Positions 21,039-28,793 of a stretch of DNA of 36,985 bases are shown piece after piece; position 1 is the first letter of the stretch; each line of letters opens with the position of its first letter. The notes beneath the pieces were generated by a model, which did no database searches, was not told the origin of the DNA, and saw nothing but the letters and a program-made list of their open reading frames with translations. The position numbers were made by a program, and so were the translations under genes. This DNA comes from Kiritimatiellia bacterium. Lineage in GTDB: Bacteria > Verrucomicrobiota > Kiritimatiellia > RFP12 > UBA1067. The stretch is from assembly GCA_035450385.1 (NCBI GenBank), contig DAOTMQ010000003.1, positions 1 through 36,985 on the forward strand, in the 5' to 3' direction.

Positions 21039-24000
21039 ATGCGTCTGCCCGAACTCGGAGTCAAGCGGCCGATCTTCACGCTGATGGTGTTTATCGCCAT
21101 CCTCGTGCTGGGCTTGGTCTCGCTGGTGCGACTGCCCATCGATCTCTTCCCCGAGGTTGAGACACCGTCGGTCACCGTCATCACGCAATGGCCGGGTGCC
21201 AGCGTCGAGGATGTCGAGGGCCGCGTCACGCGCGTTATCGAGAACCAACTCAGCATCGTCAACAACCTCGACGAAGTGACGAGCCGCACGCGCGAAGGCG
21301 TCTCCGCCATCACCTGCATGTTCGACTGGGGCACCGACCTTGAGGAGGCCTCGAATGACATTCGTGACCGGGTCAGCGTGTCGCGCCGGTATCTGCCCGA
21401 TGACATCGAAGAGCCGATCATCTACAAATTCAACAGCTCCGCGATGCCCGTCCTGAGCTTTGCGGCCACCGCGAAAGAGTCATGGGAAAAGCTTTACGAC
21501 ATCATCGAAGACGACTTGGGCGACGCCCTGAAGCGTCTGCCGGGCGTGGGTGCCGTCAACGTATACGGCGGTCTTCACCGCCAGATCAACATCGACATCG
21601 ACCCGATGAAACTGGCCGGCTACGGCCTGACGCTCGGCGACATTGAACAGACCATCGCTCGCGAAAACCTCACCCTGCCCGCAGGCAGCATTAAAAACGG
21701 CCTCATCGAATACACGGTGCGCGTGCCTGGGGAGTTTGAATATCCCGAAGAGGCTAGAGACATCGTGGTGAAACGCAATGAAGCCGGCGGTGCCATCTAT
21801 CTGCGGGATGTCGCCGATGTGTACGACGGCTTCGAGGAACAGACGCGGCTGTCCGGCGCGAACGGTGAGCAGAGTGTGATCTTCGTTGTGCAGAAACGCT
21901 CCGGCGCCAACACCTTGGCGGTTTGCGATTCCGTGCTGAAGGCGGTCGAAGAGTACATGGCGTTCATGCCGCAAGACATCCGCGTGGTGAATCTGATGAA
22001 TTCCAGCGACTTCATCCGCCAGTCGCTACGCAACGTGACCGAGACGCTGATGTGGGGCGGCCTTTTCGTGACGCTCACGACGTTCGTCTTCCTGAGGACA
22101 ATCCGCGCTTCACTGGTCATCGTGCTGACGATTCCCTTCTCGCTGATTATCGCATTCTTCTTCATGTTCATCCGCGGCTGGACGATCAACATCATTTCGC
22201 TCTCCTCGCTCTCTGTGGCAATCGGCATGGTTGTGGATAATGCGGTGGTCGTCCTTGAAAACATCGATAGCTACACGCGCCGCGGTGTCAAGTTGCGTGA
22301 AGCCGCCCTATATGCGACTGGTGAAGTCGGGCTTGCGATTTCAGCCAGTACCCTGACCACCGTGGCGGTCTTCGTGCCGTTGATCTTTGTCACCGGCATG
22401 GCCGGAATCTTCTTCGGCCAGCTCGGCGGCATCATCACTGTGACACTGATGGCGAGTCTCTTTTGTTCGTTGATGCTCACCCCGATGCTTGCCGCTTATT
22501 TGTTGAAGGAAGACCGCGACGCGATTGGCGGCGGTTTTATCGGGCGCGCGCTCTACCGGACAAGCGAAGCGATGCTCACACGGATCGAAGAGGCCTACTC
22601 CCGGCTGCTGGGCTGGGCTCTGCGCTGGCGCGGTCTGGTCTGCGTGGGTGCCTTCGCCATACTCTGCTTCTCGCTGGCGCTCTTTCCGCTCATCGGTTCC
22701 GAATTTACGCCCGACACCGACTCCGGCGACCTGACGGTCAATTTCGAACTCGGGCTCGGCACGCGCGTCGAGGAGACCGCCCGTGTCTGCGAGGCAACAC
22801 GCCAACTCGGCATCCGTCTGATCGGCGAAGAACACATCATCAACACGCGCTGGCGGTGCGGCGACTCAAAATTCGGCTCGGGACGCCAAGGCTCGCACAT
22901 CGGACGCGTCGAATTCAAGTTGACCCCCATGGATCAACGCGATTTCACCGCACGCGAAGCCGGGCGACGCTTGCTCGATACGCTACGCAAAAAACCGGAA
23001 TTCGTGAAGACCAGTATGAGTACCGTCAACCGCCAGATGGGCCGTTTCAGCGGGGGCGGCCAGCCGATCGTGATTGAAATCTTGGGGCACGACCTCGAGC
23101 AGACGCGCCGCGTCGCCGAGGAGATCAAGGAACTGTGCGACCGTACGCCAGGTGCCCGCGACGCCAGTGTCAGTATGGACGACGGCAAGCCGGAGTTGCT
23201 GGTTCAAGTGGATCGCCTCAAAATCGCGACGCTCGGGCTGAATGTCTCAGACGTGGTCGAAACGGTCCGCACCCTTTTTTACGGCAAAGAGGCCTCCGAC
23301 TTCCGCGAAGGCGAAAACGAGTACTGGATCTTCATGCGCCTGAAGGAGTCGCGCCGCAGCGAACTCGCCGACATTCTGGACTCGGAAGTGGTTCTGCCCA
23401 ACGGCAGGCGTGTCCGCATCGACTCCATCGCTGAGGTGGTCCAGGATCTGGGACCGCTTGATATCGAGCGCAAGGATCAGGAACGCATGGTGAAAGTGGA
23501 GGTCGACTACTTCGGGCGATCGATCGGCGACGTGGTAGCCAGCATCAAAGAAGGTATTGCCAGGGAGATCGTCCTGCCCGAAGCTACACACATCACCTAC
23601 GGCGGTATGGTCAAAGAGCAGGCCGAAGCGTTCGCCGACCTGATCGGGCTGACCATCCTGGGCCTCGTGCTCGTCTATATGGTCATGGCCGCCCAGTTCG
23701 AATCGCTCATCGATCCGTTCGTGATCTTTCTCGCGCTACCCTTTGCCTTTTCCGGGGTTTTGCTCGGCCTCTATGCCTTCGACATGACCTTCAACATGTT
23801 CAGTTTCATCGGCATCATCCTGCTGGTCGGCACCGGCGTCAACAACGGCATTGTGCTGGTCGACTATATCAACACGCTGCGCGCGCGCGGCGAAAACATG
23901 ACCGACGCCATCCGCCAAAGCGGACGCCAACGCTTGCGCCCGGTCTTAATTACCACACTCACGACGGTTTTTGGTATGATGCCTCTCGCACTGGCAGGTG

Positions 24001-24203
24001 GAGAAGGTTCAGAGACCTGGAAGCCCATGGGCGTGACCGTGATCGGTGGACTCTCGTTCTCAACGATTGTGACACTGATCTTGGTTCCGGTTCTTTACAG
24101 CCTTTTCAGCCGGGATGTCCATAAAAAGCACGCTCGGTTGTTGCCGTCAGAGTTACAGTCAGAATTTGAAAATGCGGTCGACGCCGTTCCCTCGTCGCAC
24201 TGA
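21039..24203 (+). CDS. RND efflux permease (AcrB/HAE-type)
   Basis: ORF 20718..24203 is trimmed to the ATG at 21039, 2 nt after the MFP stop. The N-terminus MRLPELGVKRPIFTLMVFIAILVLG is typical of this family. The protein is 1054 aa with two 6-TM bundles, including ...VGMVVDNAVVVLENI... and ...VGTGVNNGIVLVDYIN... Confidence 0.9.
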   Translation: MRLPELGVKRPIFTLMVFIAILVLGLVSLVRLPIDLFPEVETPSVTVITQWPGASVEDVEGRVTRVIENQLSIVNNLDEVTSRTREGVSAITCMFDWGTDLEEASNDIRDRVSVSRRYLPDDIEEPIIYKFNSSAMPVLSFAATAKESWEKLYDIIEDDLGDALKRLPGVGAVNVYGGLHRQINIDIDPMKLAGYGLTLGDIEQTIARENLTLPAGSIKNGLIEYTVRVPGEFEYPEEARDIVVKRNEAGGAIYLRDVADVYDGFEEQTRLSGANGEQSVIFVVQKRSGANTLAVCDSVLKAVEEYMAFMPQDIRVVNLMNSSDFIRQSLRNVTETLMWGGLFVTLTTFVFLRTIRASLVIVLTIPFSLIIAFFFMFIRGWTINIISLSSLSVAIGMVVDNAVVVLENIDSYTRRGVKLREAALYATGEVGLAISASTLTTVAVFVPLIFVTGMAGIFFGQLGGIITVTLMASLFCSLMLTPMLAAYLLKEDRDAIGGGFIGRALYRTSEAMLTRIEEAYSRLLGWALRWRGLVCVGAFAILCFSLALFPLIGSEFTPDTDSGDLTVNFELGLGTRVEETARVCEATRQLGIRLIGEEHIINTRWRCGDSKFGSGRQGSHIGRVEFKLTPMDQRDFTAREAGRRLLDTLRKKPEFVKTSMSTVNRQMGRFSGGGQPIVIEILGHDLEQTRRVAEEIKELCDRTPGARDASVSMDDGKPELLVQVDRLKIATLGLNVSDVVETVRTLFYGKEASDFREGENEYWIFMRLKESRRSELADILDSEVVLPNGRRVRIDSIAEVVQDLGPLDIERKDQERMVKVEVDYFGRSIGDVVASIKEGIAREIVLPEATHITYGGMVKEQAEAFADLIGLTILGLVLVYMVMAAQFESLIDPFVIFLALPFAFSGVLLGLYAFDMTFNMFSFIGIILLVGTGVNNGIVLVDYINTLRARGENMTDAIRQSGRQRLRPVLITTLTTVFGMMPLALAGGEGSETWKPMGVTVIGGLSFSTIVTLILVPVLYSLFSRDVHKKHARLLPSELQSEFENAVDAVPSSH

Positions 24204-24229
24204 TCGCATGTAAATGGGAAACGAGTGAC

Positions 24230-24823
24230 ATGAAGCCGTTATTCATCATACTTTCCGCCCCGTCGGGCGCCGGAAAAACCACACTGTGTGATCTGTTGTT
24301 GCAGCACTATCCCGAACTCTGCTACTCCGTCTCCTGCACGACGCGCGAGCCGCGCATGAATGAAGAGGACGGCGAGGATTACTACTTCCTGCCGGAGGAA
24401 AGCTTTAAACGCATGATCGACGAAGGCGCATTCCTTGAGCACGCCTTGGTGCACGACAACTATTACGGCACGCTCAAGCAGCCCGTTTATGACGTGCTGC
24501 GCGAGGGACAGTGCATGTTGCTCGATATCGACGTCGAAGGCGCCGCACAAATTCGCGACACCGTGCGCAGTCTTCCGGACGATGACCCGCTGAAACAGGG
24601 CTTCGTCGACATTTTCATCTCACCACCCTCAATGGCGGAATTGAAGGCTCGGTTGGAAGGCCGCGCGACCGACTCCAGCGAGGTGATTGACAAGCGGATC
24701 CGCAATGCGCAAAAAGAGATGGCACGCGCCAGCGAATACATGTTCCACGTCACCAACGACGATCTGGACACCACGTTTCGCCGCCTGTGCGACATCATCA
24801 ACACCAAAGCCGAACTGATCTGA
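24230..24823 (+). CDS. gmk: Guanylate kinase
   Basis: The P-loop is LSAPSGAGKTTL. The blocks SVSCTTREPRMNEEDGEDYYF and YYGT are typical of Gmk. Confidence 0.9.
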   Translation: MKPLFIILSAPSGAGKTTLCDLLLQHYPELCYSVSCTTREPRMNEEDGEDYYFLPEESFKRMIDEGAFLEHALVHDNYYGTLKQPVYDVLREGQCMLLDIDVEGAAQIRDTVRSLPDDDPLKQGFVDIFISPPSMAELKARLEGRATDSSEVIDKRIRNAQKEMARASEYMFHVTNDDLDTTFRRLCDIINTKAELI

Positions 24824-24842
24824 CCACCGGAGGCCACACAAC

Positions 24843-25379
24843 ATGTCTACTATCCTACTGGGTGTCACGGGATCGATCGCCGCTTACAAAGCGTGTGAGT
24901 TGACGCGTCTATTCGTCAAGGACGGGCATACCGTGCATGTGCTCATGACCGATGCGGCCACACAGTTTGTATCGCCGCTGACCTTCCGTACGCTCTCCCG
25001 CAATCCGGTGCCGACCAGTTTATTCGACGCGCCCGAAGAGTGGATGCCCGGACACATCTCGCTGGCAGAACGCGCAGATGTGCTGGTTGTCGCGCCCTGC
25101 ACCGCCAATGTGATCGCCAAACTGGCGCACGGGCTGGCGGATGACATCCTGACCTCGACCGCGCTGGCGACGCGGGCACCGCTCGTGATCGCACCGGCCA
25201 TGAACACCGGCATGTGGAATCACCCTGCCACGCAGACGAACATGCGCCTTCTCGAATCACGCGGCGCGGTATTCGTCGACGCCGACACCGGCGACCTCGC
25301 CTGCGGCACCTCCGGCAAAGGACGCATGGCGGCACCGCAGGCGGTTTATGACGCTGTCATGCGGGCAATCAGCTCTTGA
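24843..25379 (+). CDS. coaC: Phosphopantothenoylcysteine decarboxylase-type flavoprotein (CoaC domain only)
   Basis: The protein is 178 aa. The blocks LGVTGSIAAYKACEL, APCTANVIAKLAHGLADD, PAMNTGMW and ACGTSGKGRM match the N-terminal half of E. coli Dfp as I recall it. No CoaB half follows. Confidence 0.8.
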   Translation: MSTILLGVTGSIAAYKACELTRLFVKDGHTVHVLMTDAATQFVSPLTFRTLSRNPVPTSLFDAPEEWMPGHISLAERADVLVVAPCTANVIAKLAHGLADDILTSTALATRAPLVIAPAMNTGMWNHPATQTNMRLLESRGAVFVDADTGDLACGTSGKGRMAAPQAVYDAVMRAISS

Positions 25380-26586
25380 AGAAAATCATCGTGCCGGACG
25401 GGATCTTGGCGTCGTCCACCTTGTTGCCCGGCACCAGTATGCCTTCAATCAGGAAAAACGTATCCGGTGAACGCCACCGGTTACCGCAAATCGCGGTCGC
25501 CAAACGTTTCGCCGTAACCGGCCCCCCCACCGAATACCCCACCAGCACCTTGGTGCCGTAGGGCAGTTTTTTGATCTCTTCAGGACTGAGCTGGCTACCG
25601 CGCACATACTTGCCGTCCGGGCGGACGTAGAGCGTTGTGGGACGTCGGGCCTCATCCCCCGCGATGTCCTGCGCCTTGCCGTCGACGCCAACCACCTGAT
25701 AGGTCTCGGTCCGGTTTTCCTGAACATCGGCGCGCACCGTGATCCGCGTGCCGACCGGCAGTTGCTTGAAGTCGGCGATCTGATTGCCGAATTTTTTGGT
25801 GCCGTTCGGAAAGGTATAGAGCGTTGTCTTGTCGTTATATGCATCGCGGGCGATGTCCCACGCACTGCGGCCTTTGACGATCACGTTGCCCTCCTCTTTA
25901 GCGATTGCGACAGGCCCTGCCGTCACAGCCGCAGGTCCCTTGCCGTATAAAACCTGTGACAGATAGGCATCTCCGACAACCAACCTGCGCGCTCTGACAT
26001 CCGGATCGGAGGCCGGCCGCGCCTTCAGATTCAACCGGTTGCGCACGGACGGCAACGCGAACATCATGCCGCAGCGTTTACGTCCCCGATGACTGCGCTT
26101 GTGCCATTTGTTCGGCGCGCCATACGCGACATGCGCGTGCGTGATCACGTTGTGGTCCGGGATCTTGTAGATGTGCTTCACCTCACCGATCAAATCCGCC
26201 AACGCCCGGTATTGCGCGGTGTTAAGCGGCTTATTGTGGTAGCCGCACACCTCGATGCCGACCGAAAAACCGTCCACGTTGGAACGGCCGTTCCACATGC
26301 TGCGTCCCGCGTGATACGCCTCGCGCCGGTGATCGATGATACGATAAACGCGCCCCCCCTCATCGATGCAGTAGTGGCACTCGCCGAGGTCACTCAGCTT
26401 TCGCAACGCACTACGCGAAGGCGCCTCCGTGGTATGCAGAATGATCAGCGACGTCGACTTGCGTATCGGTCTCTCACGATTACGCGGGCTGTAATACCGG
26501 TTGTCAAACTGGATCACCCCCCATGCCGACATTGAGGCCAGCCCGAAACAGGCCAGCAACACGGCGAACATTCTCCGTCTAACCAC
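25369..26586 (-). CDS. N-acetylmuramoyl-L-alanine amidase (Amidase_2/PGRP fold) with a C-terminal region of unknown type
   Basis: The GTG start is preceded by GGAGAGG with a 5-nt spacer. The signal peptide is MVRRRMFAVLLACFGLASMSAWG. The blocks LIILHTTEA, AYHAG and GIEVCG...ITHAHV are typical of Amidase_2. The 3' end overlaps coaC by 11 nt. Confidence 0.8.
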   Translation of the reverse strand: MVRRRMFAVLLACFGLASMSAWGVIQFDNRYYSPRNRERPIRKSTSLIILHTTEAPSRSALRKLSDLGECHYCIDEGGRVYRIIDHRREAYHAGRSMWNGRSNVDGFSVGIEVCGYHNKPLNTAQYRALADLIGEVKHIYKIPDHNVITHAHVAYGAPNKWHKRSHRGRKRCGMMFALPSVRNRLNLKARPASDPDVRARRLVVGDAYLSQVLYGKGPAAVTAGPVAIAKEEGNVIVKGRSAWDIARDAYNDKTTLYTFPNGTKKFGNQIADFKQLPVGTRITVRADVQENRTETYQVVGVDGKAQDIAGDEARRPTTLYVRPDGKYVRGSQLSPEEIKKLPYGTKVLVGYSVGGPVTAKRLATAICGNRWRSPDTFFLIEGILVPGNKVDDAKIPSGTMIFFKS

Positions 26587-26625
26587 GATGACCTCTCCCT
26601 TCTCTTGTCAGGCGGTTCACAAATA

Positions 26626-26705
26626 ATCGGTTAGTGACAGGGGGCATGCGAGTCGAGTGCGTGTTTTGTGTGTACGCAGTCGGGAGCGCGGGCGTCCCCG
26701 CCCAC
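26626..26705 (+). repeat. Repeat module L, copy B
   Basis: ATCGGTTAGTGACAGGGGGCATGCGAGTCGAGTGCGTGTTTTGTGTGTACGCAGTCGGGAGCGCGGGCGTCCCCGCCCAC is about 90 percent identical to 5431-5508. It starts 40 nt upstream of the amidase start codon. Confidence 0.85.
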
Positions 26706-26726
26706 AAAAAGTTGAGCGTTTTTTTA

Positions 26727-26960
26727 ACGCAGAGACGCAGAGACGCAGAGGTGTGGCACGGGCATCTTGCCCGTGTTTCATGGGCGGGACCGCCCATGCA
26801 CGCAAACCGCTGCGCTGTGAACGTGTAATGTGCCCGGGCTCGCGGAGCGCCGGGAGGGGCAAGCGTCTGCTTGCCCGCGGACGAGCAGACGCTCGTCCCT
26901 CCCATCCTGCGGTCAAAGACAAAAAAGAAAAAACTGCGTAATCTGCGTAAATCTGTGGAT
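26727..26960 (+). repeat. Stack of short tandem repeats and palindromes
   Basis: ACGCAGAG occurs three times in tandem (26727-26750). CACGGGCA-tct-TGCCCGTG lies at 26757-26775. CATGGGCGG-ga-CCGCCCATG lies at 26779-26798. A hairpin with arms of about 20 bp, GGGAGGGGCAAGCGTCTGCT...AGCAGACGCTCGTCCCTCCC, lies at 26852-26903. CTGCGTAA(A)T occurs twice in tandem, followed by CTGTGGAT (26934-26960). Confidence 0.8.
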
Positions 26961-26980
26961 AAAACCAGAAAGCAGCGCAA

Positions 26981-27210
26981 GGCACACTTCGTCCCTACAC
27001 TTCGTCCAACACACCTCGTCGAGACACTTCGTCGCTGGGGCAATCGACTAGGTGTTGAGACTAAGTGTGTTCGACTAAGAGTGGGGACTAAGCGTGTCTC
27101 CGCGTACGGCGCGGAGAGAAAGCGGTGCCGCGACCCGCGCACAGCGCGGCTCTTATCACCGCACTCCAAATTTTGCCGCCACGCCGCGCACAGCATCCCA
27201 ATCATGTCAA
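26981..27210 (+). repeat. Repeat module R, copy 3 (9-mer array plus 34-mer core, diverged tail)
   Basis: The convergent 9-mer array lies at 26981-27095. The hairpin TCTCCGCG-tacgg-CGCGGAGA follows. The invariant 34-mer is at 27119-27152. The tail is related to copies 1 and 2 (CTCCAAATTTTG versus CTCCAGATTTCG; AATCATGTCCAA is shared). It runs up to the gpmI stop. The minus-strand core lies about 60 nt after the gpmI stop and resembles a terminator. Confidence 0.8.
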
Positions 27211-28779
27211 TCATGTCCAATCTGGCCGTTCCGCAATGAGCGAACGTGCCGTCATCTCACAAGGAACATCCAACCCCAACAATGTCAGCACGGTCGGCGC
27301 GATGTCACACAGCTTGCCGGACGGGACAAGCGTCACGCCGGGCGCATCCTTCGCAACGTAGAGGCACTCGACCTCATTGAGTGTGTGGCTGGTCTTCACC
27401 ATGCCGGTCGCGTAATCTTTCATCTGCTCCGCATTGCCGTGATCCGCCGTGATCAGAATGTGCGCGTCCAATTCAAACAGGCGCGGCAACAGTTTGCCGA
27501 TACACTCGTCCACCACCTCGACCGCCTGACGTGCCGCATCGGGATCACCCGTATGCCCGACCATATCACAGTTGGCGTAGTTCACAGCGACGAACGCATA
27601 GGGATTATTTTGCAGACGGCTTAACAGCTCCTCCGTCACGTTGTAGGCGTCCATTTCGGGATGACTCGCAAAGGTCGCCGGATCAAAACGGCTCGGCACG
27701 TCCACCTGCTCTTCGCCCTCATACGGCAGGACCGACTTGCCGTTGAAGAAACTGGTCACGTGACGGAACTTCTGCGTCTCCGCTATCCGGAGTTGACGTA
27801 GCCCCGCCTTCGAGATCACCTCGCCCAGCAGGTTGTCCATCCCGCCGTCCCCGCCCATGGCGCCCAGCAGATAGTCGTTGAACTCGTCCCAGTAGCGGGT
27901 GAAGCCCAAGTACGTGAGGCGCGGCCGCGCCTTGCGCTCGCCTTTGTAATCGTCGCAGACAAACGCCTGCGTCAACTGGATCGCGCGGTCCTGGCGGTAG
28001 TTGACGTGCATCACCGAATCGCCGTCCTTCATGCCCGCATACTCGGCGATGACATACGGCGGAATGTACTCATCCACCATCGGCGTCTTGTCCGGCGTCT
28101 GATCTTTATCGTACGACTCCTGTACCGCCTCGACAGCGCTCGCCGCCGCGCGGCCTTCCGCTCCGACGAGACACGCATAGGCAATGTCGGTGAGCCCGTA
28201 ATTCTTGGAGCGATCCATGGCGTAGTACCGCCCCTGAACCGTGCCGATGACGCAGTTGCCGACCGCATCCATCTCCTGCTGCAAGCGCGCGATATACTCC
28301 AGCGTACTGCGCGGCGGCGTATCGCGGCCATCCAGGAACGGATGGATCACGATGCGTCCCTCGGGGAACTCACTGCGCGCACGCCGCATCAGCTTGAACA
28401 AATGCTCCTGGTGCGCATGCACGCCCTCATCCTGCAACAGCCCCATGAAGTGCAACGTGCTGTTGTTCTGCTTCCAATTTGCAATCAGCCCTTCCCACTT
28501 CGGCGAGGTGAACAACTCGCCGGTGCTCAGGCCGTCATCAATGCGCTTCAACTCCTGGATCACCACGCGCCCCGCGCCCATGTTAAGGTGGCCGACCTCG
28601 CTGGAGCCCTGATAACCGTCGGGCAGCCCCACCGCCTCGCCACTGCACGCCAGGCGCGTCCACGGATAGCGCGCCTTCAGGCGGTCGATGACCGGTGTCC
28701 GCGCAGCAAAAACGGCATTCCCTTCCTCACGGGGGTTGATCCCCCATCCATCACGAATAATCAAAACAACGGGTCTCAT
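27211..28779 (-). CDS. gpmI: 2,3-bisphosphoglycerate-independent phosphoglycerate mutase
   Basis: The protein is 522 aa. The blocks VVLIIRDGWG, SEVGHLNMGAGR, ANCDMVGHTG and TADHGNAE are classical iPGM motifs. Confidence 0.9.
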   Translation of the reverse strand: MRPVVLIIRDGWGINPREEGNAVFAARTPVIDRLKARYPWTRLACSGEAVGLPDGYQGSSEVGHLNMGAGRVVIQELKRIDDGLSTGELFTSPKWEGLIANWKQNNSTLHFMGLLQDEGVHAHQEHLFKLMRRARSEFPEGRIVIHPFLDGRDTPPRSTLEYIARLQQEMDAVGNCVIGTVQGRYYAMDRSKNYGLTDIAYACLVGAEGRAAASAVEAVQESYDKDQTPDKTPMVDEYIPPYVIAEYAGMKDGDSVMHVNYRQDRAIQLTQAFVCDDYKGERKARPRLTYLGFTRYWDEFNDYLLGAMGGDGGMDNLLGEVISKAGLRQLRIAETQKFRHVTSFFNGKSVLPYEGEEQVDVPSRFDPATFASHPEMDAYNVTEELLSRLQNNPYAFVAVNYANCDMVGHTGDPDAARQAVEVVDECIGKLLPRLFELDAHILITADHGNAEQMKDYATGMVKTSHTLNEVECLYVAKDAPGVTLVPSGKLCDIAPTVLTLLGLDVPCEMTARSLIAERPDWT

Positions 28780-28793
28780 AAATCCCTTTCTTC

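Noticed and set aside
26981-27095. A possible CRISPR array or other spacer-repeat structure, also at about 16303-16415
   Set aside because: The units are only 9 nt with a 13-14 nt period. There are no unique spacers of protospacer size. The two halves are inverted relative to each other, and no cas genes are present.
26579-27220. A 213-aa minus-strand ORF spanning the amidase-gpmI intergenic region, plus related small ORFs at 6568..6981 and 16399..16602 that share peptides such as EKKRCRDPRTARL
   Set aside because: The shared peptide strings are simply translations of repeat modules L and R and of the palindromes. The frames differ between copies and are broken by indels. They are not genes.
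27190-27222. The idea that module R derives from the 3' end of gpmI, because AATCATGTCCAA in R copies 1 and 2 equals the last gpmI codons plus stop
   Set aside because: Only about 12 nt are shared and the surrounding sequence differs. This cannot be distinguished from chance or from repeat sequence abutting the stop codon.
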